From Penicillus capitatus (taxonomy: Eukaryota; Plantae; Chlorophyta): a stretch of 64,000 bases of DNA. Under the pieces are notes generated by a model. That model made no database searches. It saw nothing but the letters and a program-made list of their open reading frames with translations, and was not told where the DNA came from. Below, in pieces: positions 1-11,829 of the stretch. The DNA is taken from positions 2,214,640 to 2,278,639 of the forward strand of contig OZ287694.1 of NCBI GenBank assembly GCA_965649825.1, in the 5' to 3' direction. Every line of letters begins with the position of its first letter. Position 1 is the first letter of the stretch. Both the position numbers and the translations under genes were made by a program.

Positions 1-934
1 CCGACGAGCGCGACGAGCCCGAAGAACGCTCCGTTACCCGTCCTCCTTCCAGGACCCCAGGCACCGGGGGCTGAAGCCATATGGCTTGGATGAACCCCGG
101 TGCGGCGATCTCAAATTCTCCCAGCACCGGGGCCTGCTCCGCCGGTTCCTCGGCCGGTGGCCCGCCCAATCCTTCCACAACGTGCTCCAGACGACCGATA
201 TCGTCGAAGGGCTCCTCCACCGCATCTTCTTCCTCATCCCGCGGAGCCACATGCCTAGCTCTATCCGCCTCGTGACGCTCTGGCGTCCCAAGCCCTTCCG
301 CGGGCAGATCCTCCGATTCATCCTCCGTCGACGCAGCGGCCGTCGACGTATCCTCCGCCCCCGTCGTGACATACGAATCCTCGTCGTCGCTGTCGCCATC
401 CTCGTCGTCGCTGTCGCCATCCTCGTCGTCGCTGTCGCCATCCTCGTCGTCGCTGTCGCCATCCTCGTCGTCGCTGTCGCCATCCTCGTCGTCGCTGTCG
501 CCATCCTCGTCGTCGCTGTCGCCATCCTCGTCGTCGCTGTCGCCATCCTCGTCGTCGCTGTCGCCATCCTCGTCGTCGCTGTCGCCATCCTCGTCGTCCG
601 ATCCGTCCGTTCCGGAATCACCGCCCGTCGTCTCGTACCCGGCGTCGTCCGACTCGTCATCCCCCTCGGCTCCCTCCGATGCGCTTGACTGATGCTCGCC
701 CCCTGCCGCAGGGCTCCCGAAACCCCCATTATTGCTTCCGGAATCTCCACTGAGAACCCAAAACGCGAAAAAGACTTGCTTATTGAGCAAGTTTATAACG
801 TAAGAGAAAAAAGAAAAGATACCACACCCACCGTTCCCTTTCATCGAAGGGCTAATGACTTCGGGCGAGGCGCCCGATCTTGGCGTGGATGGGGCAAGAT
901 AGCCACTGCCAGACTTGGTACAAAAAGCAGACAT
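1..934 (-). CDS. Acidic low-complexity protein with (DGDSDDE)x10 repeat; runs off left edge
   Basis: The minus frame antisense to ORF 86..688 has no stop from ATG 934 (second ATG at 844) to position 1. It reads ...GDDESDDAGYETTGGDSGTDGSDDE(DGDSDDE)n DSYVTTGAED...RDEEEDAVEEPFDD. It is absent from the ORF track because it has no stop in the window. A possible intron ends at TTCTCAG near 752. Confidence 0.5.
   Translation of the reverse strand, partial: MSAFCTKSGSGYLAPSTPRSGASPEVISPSMKGNGGCGIFSFFSYVINLLNKQVFFAFWVLSGDSGSNNGGFGSPAAGGEHQSSASEGAEGDDESDDAGYETTGGDSGTDGSDDEDGDSDDEDGDSDDEDGDSDDEDGDSDDEDGDSDDEDGDSDDEDGDSDDEDGDSDDEDGDSDDEDGDSDDEDSYVTTGAEDTSTAAASTEDESEDLPAEGLGTPERHEADRARHVAPRDEEEDAVEEPFDDIGRLEHVVEGLGGPPAEEPAEQAPVLGEFEIAAPGFIQAIWLQPPVPGVLEGGRVTERSSGSSRSS
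377..598. repeat. Perfect 21-bp tandem repeat, about 10.5 copies (CTCGTCGTCGCTGTCGCCATC)
   Basis: Identical units start at 380, 401, 422 ... 569, plus a partial unit to 598. Confidence 0.97.
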
Positions 935-1599
935 GGCGACAGGGAATAGACGGTAACACAGAGATAATGAACACAGAGAGCGGGTGAGCAAGGTAAGCTT
1001 CAACAAACACTTTCTCGCAGAACGCGAAATGCCCACGGTTTTCGCGTTTATATAGTTTGTTTTTTGTACTGCCTGCCAGCTGACTCATTGTGGCAGCAAT
1101 CAATGGCCGTTTTCGCTATTTTTCAACTTTTCATGCTATTTTTGGACCTTTCACGGATGGAGTGTTCCGGCAATATCTTCTTGTGCACCGATCGCGTCGA
1201 GGCGAGAAGCCACAAACACTTGATTGCAGAGAGGCGGAGAGCGAGACGGTGGATTGTCTAAGTAAGCAGGTGATGATGGAACCCGGAAGGGGACAGCTGT
1301 CCTCGGAGTACGACAGTGAAGAAGCCACTAGCTGTCCCTCGACAGATAGTTTACCTAATTTTGTCCCGTTAGTTGGCAAAGTTGTTTACAAGCATTCCAC
1401 CGCGCCCTGCGGTGAACGATCGCACGCGAACGTAAAAGATCTTAAGGCCGGAGTTCTCAGACGAGACTGTTTCTGCCATTTTTACACGGATGTGACACCA
1501 CTGTCGTTGAGATGCGTTCCGTGGGATAGATCCATGGAGACGACGTGGCTGTGGAGGAGGTAAGGAAGAGAGTTGAAGAGTCGACGAACGTTGTGGACC

Positions 1600-1915
1600 A
1601 CTTACACTTGTGGCGGTCTCCAAGCGACAGGTCGTACGTAGGTTCTCTATACCTTCCCGTCCAAAAATAGACCCGCGGCCTCTACGTCACCGATTCCAGG
1701 CAGATTCCGGAATCTTCGATGAATATTCTTCTTGTTACTTCATACAGACACGGATTAGCGACCTTGATGTGACATTGATCTAACCTACTCTACAGAAGCG
1801 TTGTAGATAGATGTACAGATCTTGTCCTTCGTTGTGTAAGACTTTACCTTTCAAAAGTGTACCGTTCCCCCTACGATTTTAATCATTTCCGTCAAACAAC
1901 CCATGCGACAGTGTG
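1600..1915 (+). pseudogene. Decayed inverted copy of the upstream block and ORF start at about 53480-53767
   Basis: 1602-1730 aligns closely with the reverse complement of 53645-53767 (TACACTTGTG...GACAGGTCG...GTAGGTTCTCTATACCTTCCC...ATAGACCCGCGG...GATTCCGGAATC). 1795-1915 matches the start of ORF 52617..53546: LRF*SFPSNNPCDSV versus LRFKSVPLNILRDSV, with an in-frame stop. Confidence 0.75.
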
Positions 1916-4039
1916 CAGGCCACAAGGTACAGGTCCTCTGAATCGTTGTACTAAGGTCGAAGATCGCTCACCCATTACACACGTTTTTACCGCTCGTAAG
2001 GTCTGTCACGATACACCTGCCTACTTGATTCTTTTACTCTCTATCTAAGAATTGCATTTTAACCACCTGACGTTGTTATCTTTTACTTGCTGACCTCCGG
2101 CCGGCCGGAACTCCAACGCGCGCGGCCCACTATTCCTAGTAGCAACGGTAGTTAGTGTTAATAGATTCCCCCGATCCGGTCGCGGTAATTGCGCCATTCG
2201 CGAAAAGCGTTTACTCTCGTCGGCTGAACGCAACGTAGTCGAAGAAGAACTCTGCAGTCAATTGACGCCAATGGCCGTGAACACGGGAGGGAGGGACCTC
2301 AGAAGCCCTCCCGGCACTCCATTGTAAAGGTCGTTCGAGAGGTTCTTCCAGAGGAGAATATCTCGTCTGTCAGCGACACTCGTTCGTAGAGGTGCGAAAG
2401 CAAGCGCATATGTATGTGACCCTCACTCATTCCACTGCTCGAGTGACTTTCTTTTCAGCGTTCTTCTGCTGTCCTCGGTGTCAATGCGCAGTAAAAAGTA
2501 GAAAGATAGCAGTAGGCAAGTAAAATTATCAAACATCATCCGCCCAGATAAGTTTTCCCATGCCAAGCCGCTTACGTTCGAAAGGGATGGCGGAACTCGG
2601 GCGTGGAATGCGAGCAACTCTGACACACGATATAAGTTTGTCGTTTTCGGTCTATCGAAGAGGTGAACGTCGTTGGTCATTGGCTGCGCGCAGTCCTCTC
2701 GGATTGAACAGAGATTCTCAACAGTCTAGTCGAGCAGAACGCGGTCTTCGCTAAATAATGTCCACGTTTGGGAATGCTTCAATTTGGTAAGTTCTCTAGA
2801 AAACCGAACAAATGTACCACCGCAAGACCGAAACAGACGCGGTTCGCCGGTGCACTTGACGATTGAAAGAGACATCACGTGGTGCCGAACCTGGTTTTGA
2901 TGAACAAGAAAGGGGGACTCGTGGCGGTCCCGCCGTCAACAAGGCAAGAGAACTCATACCTTATTGTAAAGCTTCCCGACAGACCAACTTGGAGGAAGAG
3001 CCAACTTATCGCCTTTGCATCTGTCTGCGATAACCAAGTCACTGAAGCTTTTGTCTTGAATGGGGAGGGGACATTCGCGTCATCTCTGCAACCCGAAGTA
3101 CGCGCTTTTTCTCAGTGCCGGCGACCTAACCGCGCACGGGATACAGTCCACCGCCAACCTACATCATTTCCCGATCCTTCGACGCTCAATCAGCCACCAT
3201 CAAATCTGCAACCCTAGAGCGTTACCCAGAATCCCCCCTCCGCGAAGCGCGGTTGCTCGCCGAATTCCTAGAAGCCGTAGTCTTGAAAACTCCGTGTTCT
3301 CCGAGCCGAGTGCGAAGTTTCTTTAGCGATACGTGCGAGTGTGACATCAGAAATCTGACAAGCCGCCGGTGCTCGAGAAAGTTCGAATGGGTTCTCCGAG
3401 GAGCGTCGGGACGGCAAAGAAGAAACATCGGCCTCGACACAAACGAGAAGAAAAAACGAAACCCACGCGAAGAAGAAAAAGCCACCGCGTTCGCAGGAGA
3501 CGACGCGCATGATCGTCCGCGATGGCGTCGAAAACGCCAAACCGGCAACGACGGACGTGTCGGTGGCAGAGGACGTCGACATGGAGGCCGCCAGCGTCGA
3601 AATGATCGAAGAGCGAGATGCGTCGTAATCTGCAGACCTTATAGACCGACCGCAGTGATCCATTCGCCGTCGTCCATGGCAGCCACGGCGCGAGACTGTG
3701 CGACGCAAAGAACGCCCTCGACGGCACTCTCTTTCAGGTCCGCACGCGTCACGTCTTTTCACGCCGTCTCGCGACCCAGACGCGCTGCGTGCTGCGTTAA
3801 TGAAGACCATGCAAATTAGCACGCGCTGCGAAGCAACACGCGCTTTGCGGTGCTGTCGACGGAGCAGTATCGTATCGGACGGCGCTGTGTCCTTAGGCGA
3901 CGTGTCAAACGGAAGATCTTCCTCTGGACATCCGTCGGCATCTTGGCATGGACTTTCGCCCTGAGCACCGTCTTCCCTCTCACAGCCGGCACGCCAGCAC
4001 AGAAAGTCGCCTCATGCCATCGCCCCTGCTGTTTTAGGC

Positions 4040-5799
4040 AAGACGTGGCTGACGCGTAAGCTCCTGACATCATCTGAATGCTCTTCTTCCCCCGAATGGA
4101 TCGAGAAAGGTGACGTGACGTCCACACATGCATCCATGCGTGCTCAGCCGTCTTCTCTTGATGTGACAGGTGGAATCGCATTGCTCTTCGTTGGAGTGCT
4201 CTATCTCTTCTTGGGCATTGCCATCGTCTGCGATGAGTACTTCGTGGAGTCCCTCGATCTGATTTCGAAAAGACTGGGACTGTCCAGCGACGTGGCGGGG
4301 GCGACGTTCATGGCAGCCGGCTCCTCTGCGCCGGAGCTCTTTTCGGCATTCGTGGCCATCACCAATGACGCCGCCGCGAACGACATTGGCGTGGGGACCA
4401 TTGTCGGATCGGCCGTGTTCAACATCCTCGTTATCATCGGCGTGACAGCCCTGTTCTCGGGACAGACACTGACTCTCGATTATCGACCTCTGGTGCGGGA
4501 CGCCATCTTCTACGCGGCGGCGATCGGGGGTGTGATCGCCATTTTTCAAGACGGCAAAGTCCACTGGTCGACATGACGCGACCTGCCGCGGCATCTGCCG
4601 AATGGATTGCGATCTAGGTGGGAAGGACTGATATCGGTGCTGCTGTACGGGGTTTACATCGTGACGATGAAATACAACTCGAGGCTCATGGAGTGCCTCC
4701 CGGCGAGACTGGACAACAAGTGTGACCCCTCTGCACGTTCTTCGTTTCTCCTATGCTGTTCGCTCAGCAGGGTGGGGGCGGCCCAAATTCCCAGTTCGGA
4801 TCAGGTGTGGTCACTCTCCTCGCTCGCTTTTTCTCCAAACCCGTGTTTTACAGAGCTCGACGAGTCGACAGGTCTCGCCAAGGCGTCAGAGTGCCGATGT
4901 CCTGTTTTCCTGCCGCGTTACGCCGATGGCTCAGAGATGTGTCTTCTGTGCTGTGTAGAAAACGGAAAGAGCGTCTCCGAGGAACGGCCAGCACAGCATA
5001 GATGTGCCAGATTCTTCAGACGCCGGACCTGGTATAGAAATGACGAGACTGAGTCCACAAGCGGGACACGCAGACGACGAACCCCTGAAGGACAGCGACG
5101 AAGACGCGTCCGTTTTCTCACCGCCAAGGGGCGGCTTCGAAAGAATACTGTGGGCGGTGTCTCTCATATGGCACGCACTCTTCTTCATCACCATTCCAGA
5201 CTGCAAGAAAGTGAGAGATCACACCTTCGCGGAAAGCCGCCGAGAAGCTGTCTGTGTACGTCGAACAGGATGGATCTCAGAAGTGGTACATGCTGACGTT
5301 CCTAACATCCATCGCATGGATCGGCGTGATCTCGTGGTTCATGGTGGAGTGGACGGCCGACATCGGCTGCGTCCTCGGCATTCCTTCGGCCATCATGGGC
5401 GTGACGGTCCTCGCTGCTGGCACCTCCATCCCCGACGCACTGTCGTCCATCGTCGTCGCAAGACAGGGCGACGGAGACATGGCTGTTGCCAATGCCGTCG
5501 GCAGCAACGTATTCGACATCTGGTTGGGACTGGGACTGCCCTGGCTCCTGGTCATTCCTTTCAAGGAGGACGGCAGCGATGGGTATGGCAAGTACATCAC
5601 CGTCGAGAACGACGAGCTGCTGCCCAATGTGCTCATACTCTTCGGCGTCCTCGTCTTCTATCTGGTGTCGGTCTTCCTCACCAACTGGAGGCTCTTCCCC
5701 GTGGAAGGCTATCTTTTCATCGGGATCTACATTCTGTATGCCGTCTACAACGTCGTCGCCGTGTGGCTCTTCGACATCTACAACTCGGACGATGATTGA
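4040..5799 (+). CDS. NCKX: K+-dependent Na+/Ca2+ exchanger (SLC24/NCKX family), multi-exon; 5' end uncertain
   Basis: Alpha-1 repeat AIVCDEYF...DVAGATFMAAGSSAPELF...IVGSAVFNIL and alpha-2 repeat MGVTVLAAGTSIPDALSSIVVARQGDGDMAVANAVGSNVFDI. Stop TGA at 5797-5799. Confidence 0.9.
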
Positions 5800-6018
5800 C
5801 CGTTGCCCAATGCCAAGACCTCGAAAAGCGTCTTTGTCGCCCCGTTTTGAATCTTTTGTCCTCAAGCGCATGATGGATGGACACTCAAGACAGTAGTTTC
5901 GGTAAACTCACATAGTCTCACTGTGCGCATCGTCCGTGTAGCCTCGTGCGAGCAATAAAAGCGAGGCATAGAAAGAACAAGGACCAATGTCAATGCAAAT
6001 GTGGTATAATCGCTTTGC

Positions 6019-6934
6019 TTATGAGGTGTCTTCCTTCTCTTTGTTGGCCGCCTCGAGCAAAGGCATGAGTTCATCTGCCTCGTAAACCTTGTAGACGATC
6101 TGGAGACATGAGCGCCGTCATTTTCGGAGAAAGTGCGAGACTGCGCGTGACCTTGCCGGTATCGTCGTTGCGAGCCAGCGTGCACATCTCCACTTTCTCG
6201 GGCGACAGAGATGAGTCCATGCTCTTGCTGAGGACACGAATGGCCAGAGCGACGGCCTCGTCCAGCGTCATCTTGTCCCTGTAGTCCTGTTTCAGGATGT
6301 TCGTCGCGGCCTGGTGATTGGCGCCGATGGCCGTCGCCTTCCACCCACTGTAGTTTCCCGAAGGGTCGCTGACATACATCTGATACCCGTACACATCATC
6401 CCTCGCACACCACACGTCACATCGCACAGCCATGTGTTCAGAGGAGAGTACCAGCCGGCGTAGAGGATGGAAACGCCAAAGGGACGCTGTCCGCCGAATT
6501 GCGTGTAGGCCTGTTTGGTGTCGCAGATGGTTCGGACGAGCTGTTCGATCGGCATCGGCTCCTGGTAGGCGTAGAGGTAGCGCTGTGCGGCGATGCGGCA
6601 TTGGTTGGTGATGATGTTGGCATCGGCCGTGATCCCGGCCACCGCACAGGCGATGTGGTCGTCCAACTGATACATCTTCTCGCGCCGAACCCCGACCGCC
6701 GTCGTGTCGAGCAGCTAGCTCCAGAGGTCACACAAATTCTGAGGTGTGAGACGCGGGCGGCGTTTCGACCTTGGACGAGATTTTCTTCTCCGAAGCGAGG
6801 ACGATGCCGTTCGTCGCGAGGACGCCGATCGCGGCGCCGGCATTGGATATGGCCTCCATGGCGTACTCGACCTGGTAGAGACGCCCCTCCGGGCTGAAGA
6901 TCGTCGTGCGTGAGTCGTAGCGGCGCGCAGCCAT
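6019..6934 (-). CDS. PAC1: 20S proteasome subunit alpha type-4 (alpha-3)
   Basis: [29 protein letters not shown]...[11 protein letters not shown]...[13 protein letters not shown]...[16 protein letters not shown], with three short introns. Confidence 0.96.
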
Positions 6935-6993
6935 GGTCGCTCGAAGCCGTCTGCCTTACGTCTCTGTCGTACAACACAAAGCCTCGTGCCGCC

Positions 6994-7905
6994 ATGGCGA
7001 CGTACCTCGACTCGAGCGACGAAGAGGACGCGGTTTTCGAGATCGTACGCCCGATGCCAAAACAACGCATCGTCGAGTGGCCCGGTGCAGGAGAGGGAAG
7101 CGACTAACGCGCCCGAGGCGTTCGTCAACGACGCTGAAGGACTGGAGGAGAAATTGGCGGAGTTTGCATGGACAAGCGACGGTGGGTTCGGGGCGACGCT
7201 GGAGGTGACGAGCGCGGAGCCGGTCGACGTGCAGGACGTCGACGACGACCTCCGACGCGAACTGCGTTTCTATCAGCAAGTGTGACTGACGCTTTCGCCT
7301 CCCTCCCGTCTTCTCACTCTTTTGCATCGCAGGCGTTGTCCGCCGCTAAGTGCGGGATTAACGAGCTGGAGCGCGAAGGCGTGGCGTGGCTGCGCCCGGA
7401 AGACTACTACGCCGAGATGGTCAAGAGTGATCGGCACATGGCTCGGATCAAAGATCAGCTGCAGTACGAACAGAAACGCATTGCCCTGGCCGATCAGCGA
7501 CGAAAGGCGCGCGATGCTCGACGCTTCGCCAAGCAGGTCCAGGCGGCTAAGCAGCGTGAGAAGCAGACGACCAAGAAGGAGAAAACGCGCCGAGTGGAGC
7601 AGCTGCGCACGCAACGCCAGCGCATGGGCTTCGGACAGGAGTTCGACTGGGATCACGCACTGGATGAAGTGCACCGTGCCGAAGCGACGCCGAGACGGAA
7701 GAAGGCGAAGACGCTGCCCGCGGTGAAGTCGCGAAAGCGCATGTACAAGGATGCCAAGTACGGACGGAGCGGTGGATTCGGTCCGGCCCGCAGAGGGAAG
7801 GGCAACACCGCCGAGAGTTCCGGCGACATGCGGGCGTTTTCGAGTGGTCGTGTGGGCAAGAGACGTCGCATGGCCCAGAAGGCCAGACACAAGTCACATC
7901 TGTAA
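6994..7905 (+). CDS. EBP2: rRNA-processing protein EBP2
   Basis: DDLRRELRFYQQ|ALSAAK...WLRPEDYYAEMVKSDRHMARIK and a basic C-terminus with KDAKYG; two introns. Confidence 0.93.
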
Positions 7906-7939
7906 TCACGCCCTCCGCCTGTCGCTGTCATTCGTCCCC

Positions 7940-10028
7940 ATGGCGTCGCTGCCGAATCGTCAAGCAGTTGACAAGCGATGGCTGACGCCGGCCGAGTTCG
8001 AGGCGCTGTTGATGTCCGGCGCCGAGACGCTCTGTCCGTCGACCGACTGGGAGGACGACGCGCCGCGGGGTCCCGTCTATGCTTATCGCTCGACGGGGCA
8101 GGACGTCAACGAGAAGCTGGTGATTGTGACGGATATGCTGCACCGCCTTCGTGAGTGGAATCGCGAGAGATGCGGGCTCGTCTTCGTCGAGCAGACGCAG
8201 CCCGACGGCGTGCCGGCGCTGCGAAGCGTACTGGTCGACCCGACGGTACGAGGGCAGTATCTCGGGCCGTCTGCCTGGCTGCCGCCTGTGGTCGACGTCG
8301 GGGCGCGTATCTGTCAAAACAGAACAAACGTCACGCGCCAGCTCGGTCGCAGCGCCGTCGCCAAGGTACAGAGATGTCACACATTAAATGATGTGACGTG
8401 AGGACATGTGCTTGGGCTAGTACTACATTGCACGCACGAGGAAAATTGTCCCGGTGACGACGGCCAGGTCGTCCTTTGCCATCACGCGCGTCCAGCAGCT
8501 GGGATCTGACATCGTCTTCGACATGAAGCCGTCGTCCACGCCTCCTCCCTGCGACCATGTGGTGCAGATCCGCGGCGTTCACGACGAGATCGACGGTCAT
8601 GTCGTCGTCCGGCGCTCTACCGAGAACGGGTTCTGCACTGCCGCGCCCCGAACACTCAACGTCAAAGGTGCTCGCCCTCATTCTGGCCGATTTCTCACCC
8701 CCTTTGCAGGTCTGATTTATTCAAGGAGCGAGACGAGCGCAACCGGTGCCGAGGGGTCCACCGTCTTCTGTGTGGATCGATCACGTGCGGTGTATCAAGT
8801 GCGTTTCCACGAGATCGCAGACCTGCCGCCGCCACGATCGTTTCATGCGGCGTCTCGCTCTTCGAGGAACAGCTCTGGCAGCTCCGTGCCGTCGTTCAGG
8901 CAGCGTCCCGCCCATCCAGTGCTCCCTCCAAATCTGCACGAGGCTCGGCGTGCGGGACTCGAACCATCAGGCACCGCGTTTCGTCCTTTGCCTCAGTCGG
9001 TGCCGAAGAAGACAGCGCCGGCGAATCCGTTCTTCGAGATGCGCAAGAGAGATGCTGCAAAGCTGTCGTGCGAAGAAAGCGAGCGGAAGAAGGTCATTTC
9101 TGTGCTCTTCTCTGCAGAAAACGCCGAGAGTTCGTTGAGACGGGTGGTCGAGAGATTCGGCCTCCAGAAAGTGAAAGATGCATTTCGTGCGGCTTCGCTA
9201 CCGCCTCCCTCGCCTCCTGGGCAGCTTCTGCGCGATCTGCAGCAGCGGCGTTCCCTCATCGAGACGCCACATCAGGAGACCATCCTCGAAAAGATCACAA
9301 ACGGCGAGAACTGGCTGTTTCGACTGCCGAGGACAGAGAAGGTCGCCACCTACTTCGAGATGATCAAGTCTGCGCGACACTGTTTCTCACTCTTTTATCC
9401 ACAATGCATCGATTTCCAGGTTGCTCCTGGATGTTGAGCCGACAACGGCCGTGATCGTGACCTCGACCAGAGAGAAGGCCACGGAACTCGTCACCGTGCT
9501 CGAAATCGTCCAGGGTCGTTTCAATCTGGACCGTTTGAGGGCAGAACTGCTCGTGGGCAAAGGGGGATCGCAGGAGAAGCGCAGCCGTGGCGCGTCCATC
9601 CCTCTCAGAGCAAACGTCGTCATCGCCACTCCCGGCATGATCGAGAGCATGTTGCACAGAGGCGAACTGGACCTCGCACAATTTCGCCTGATGGTCTCTC
9701 CGTGAAGTGCGAGATCTAGACGGAGACGGTCTTCTCTAGATCTGGGATGATTGCGAGAAGGCAAAGGGTAACTTCGCGGGGAGTGCCATCATTCAACGCT
9801 ACCGACAGCTGCCGCCCGACGCCCAGACTTCGCTCAAGGCAGAGTCTCACGCATTCTTCTCTCTTCTGTCTCATCGTGGCTCTGCAGATCTACGCCTTCA
9901 CGTCGCACTTCCATGTCGCTGTCCGATCATCTCGCTCCTCGTGCCCTGTTCTCATTCTGTGCCCTTTAGGGAGGAAACGTGGTGCATCTCTCCGAGCTCT
10001 GTGCCAACCTCTGCATTTCATTGCCTAA
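7940..10028 (+). CDS. Multi-exon protein: unrecognised N-terminal region plus one degenerate DEAD-box-like RecA domain
   Basis: Q-motif-like TPHQETILEKITNGENWL, Ia-like VTSTREKATEL and Ib-like VVIATPGMI. After a 46-nt intron IWDDCE occupies the motif II position, followed by RQLPPDAQ...IYAFTS at the motif III position. Confidence 0.6.
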
Positions 10029-10203
10029 CCATTACGTTGTTGATCGTCAGGGGAAGCTGCTGACCTGTCTCCCAAGCGAAGTGCGCCTGTGAAGTGCCGT
10101 CATTGTCGATTCGTACAATGAATGATGTGAACAGTCACATCGTCGCCGGATATTCTCGTTGCCACGTTCGAGCGACCCGCGTCGCCAGCGCGTCGTTCTC
10201 GTA

Positions 10204-11676
10204 ATGGAGGCGTTTCAGGACGTCGACGACACCCTACTCGACTTTGGCTTCAATCAAGATGCCTCGTGCTTCGCCTGCGGCACGAGCAGCGGATTCCGAA
10301 TCTTCTCCTGCGAACCTTTCAAGAGACTGGTGCTGCGCGGCTGTGGCTTTGGAGGACACGTCACATCATGATGTGTAGTTTCGTCGCGACTTTGAGACGG
10401 GCGGCGTCGGCCTCGTCCAGATGCTGTTTCGCTGCAACATCCTTGCACTCTCGGGAGGGGGCGTGACGCCTCGTTTTCCGCCCACGAACGTACCAACATC
10501 CAGTTTCTCGCTCCTTCTCACTCTCTGATGCGACAGGTGATGATTTGGGATGACGACCAGAGGAAGTGCATTGCGGAATTGAGCTTCAGAACCCAGGTGC
10601 GTCGGAGTGCACTCCCAGTGCTGCGAGTGATCCCAGCGGGATGTGACGTCTGAAGGTGCGCTCCGTGCGACTACGCCGAGATCGAATCGTCGTCTGTCAA
10701 GAGTCCAAAGTCTCTGTCTACAACTTCGCCGATCTGAATCTTCTGCACACCATCGAGACCGCACCCAACAGCCGAGGTCACACGCTCTCGCTCGTGCCAG
10801 CACCGTCACTCTTCCCCAGGTCTCGTCGCCTTGTCGTGTCACCCAGATGCCACCGTCCTGGCCTGTCCCGGTCTTCAATCCGGAAAAGTGACCAAGACGT
10901 TGGAAAAGCGCCAGGAAAGATGAGATCGTGTGCAGGTGCGCGTGGAGCTGTACGATCGGGCGGCAACGCGGTTCATCAGTGCGCACGATTCGGCGGTCTC
11001 CTGTCTGGAGCTCTCGTTGGACGGACGCATCCTGGCCACCGCTTCCGAGCGGGGAACGCTGATTCGCGTGTGGAACACCTCGACGACGAACATTCTCCAA
11101 GAAGTCCGTCGTGGGCTGGACACCGCCGTCATCTTCAGCATCGCCATCTCGAGGAGCTGCGACTACCTGGCCGTCTCCAGCGACAAAGGCACAGCGTCGC
11201 ATGCGTTGCCTCCGATCTCACTCTCATGTCACACCCAGGGACGGTGCACATCTTCCCGCTGCGCTGTTTCACGACGTCCCATCAGCGGAGCGACGAGGAA
11301 GAGGCGCCCAACAATCACGCCGTCACGCAGACGATGTCCTCGATGCTGTCGTATGTCCGAGTGAGGAAGCTGTCCATAAGCGATCGCGCGTGATGCGACG
11401 TTGCCGTTGCAGGGAATCGTCCCTCTGCCAAACTACTTCCAATCGGAGTGGTCTCTCGCCCAGTTTCGCGTCCCGGAGGACTGCTGGTCGGTCGTTGCCT
11501 TTGGCCAGTCTCCCAACTCTGTCTACGTCCTCAACCAGAAGGGCTCTTTCTATCAAGTCGAGTTCGACCCCGTCAAAGGTACGACGGTCACACTTCTCAC
11601 TCTTTTCATCGCACGACGCTTTACAGGAGGTCCGTGTACTCAGAAGCGTTATCTTAACTTCCTAGAAATGGAGTAG
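10204..11676 (+). CDS. ATG18: Autophagy PROPPIN WD40 protein ATG18 (plant ATG18a-like)
   Basis: [24 protein letters not shown]; KVMIWDD; [32 protein letters not shown]; QEVRRG (phosphoinositide-binding motif); [14 protein letters not shown]. Confidence 0.93.
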
Positions 11677-11829
11677 CCGCACGGAATGACTTGCGTTCCG
11701 ACATTCCGTGCTTCTCTCTCTTCGACAGTCACGTCGCTGTCACTTATTCTTGTGCATTCTCGGTCTCTGTCGTGTAGCTGCTTGCTCTCTGTGGTTGTAT
11801 GTACGCTTGTTTGTTTAATATTACCCGTG

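Noticed and set aside
380-598. Possible CRISPR-like array
   Set aside because: Head-to-tail repeats with no spacers, in a eukaryotic context.
34-750. ORFs translating the 21-bp repeat as (ILVVAVA)n, (SSSSLSP)n or (RMATATT)n
   Set aside because: The repeat unit has no stop in these frames, so they are open by default. The acidic minus frame is open much further and has coherent composition on both sides of the repeat.
2880-3730. Possible gene between the relic region and NCKX
   Set aside because: Several frames on both strands are open and none gives a recognisable protein or a consistent splice model, so strand and structure cannot be supported.
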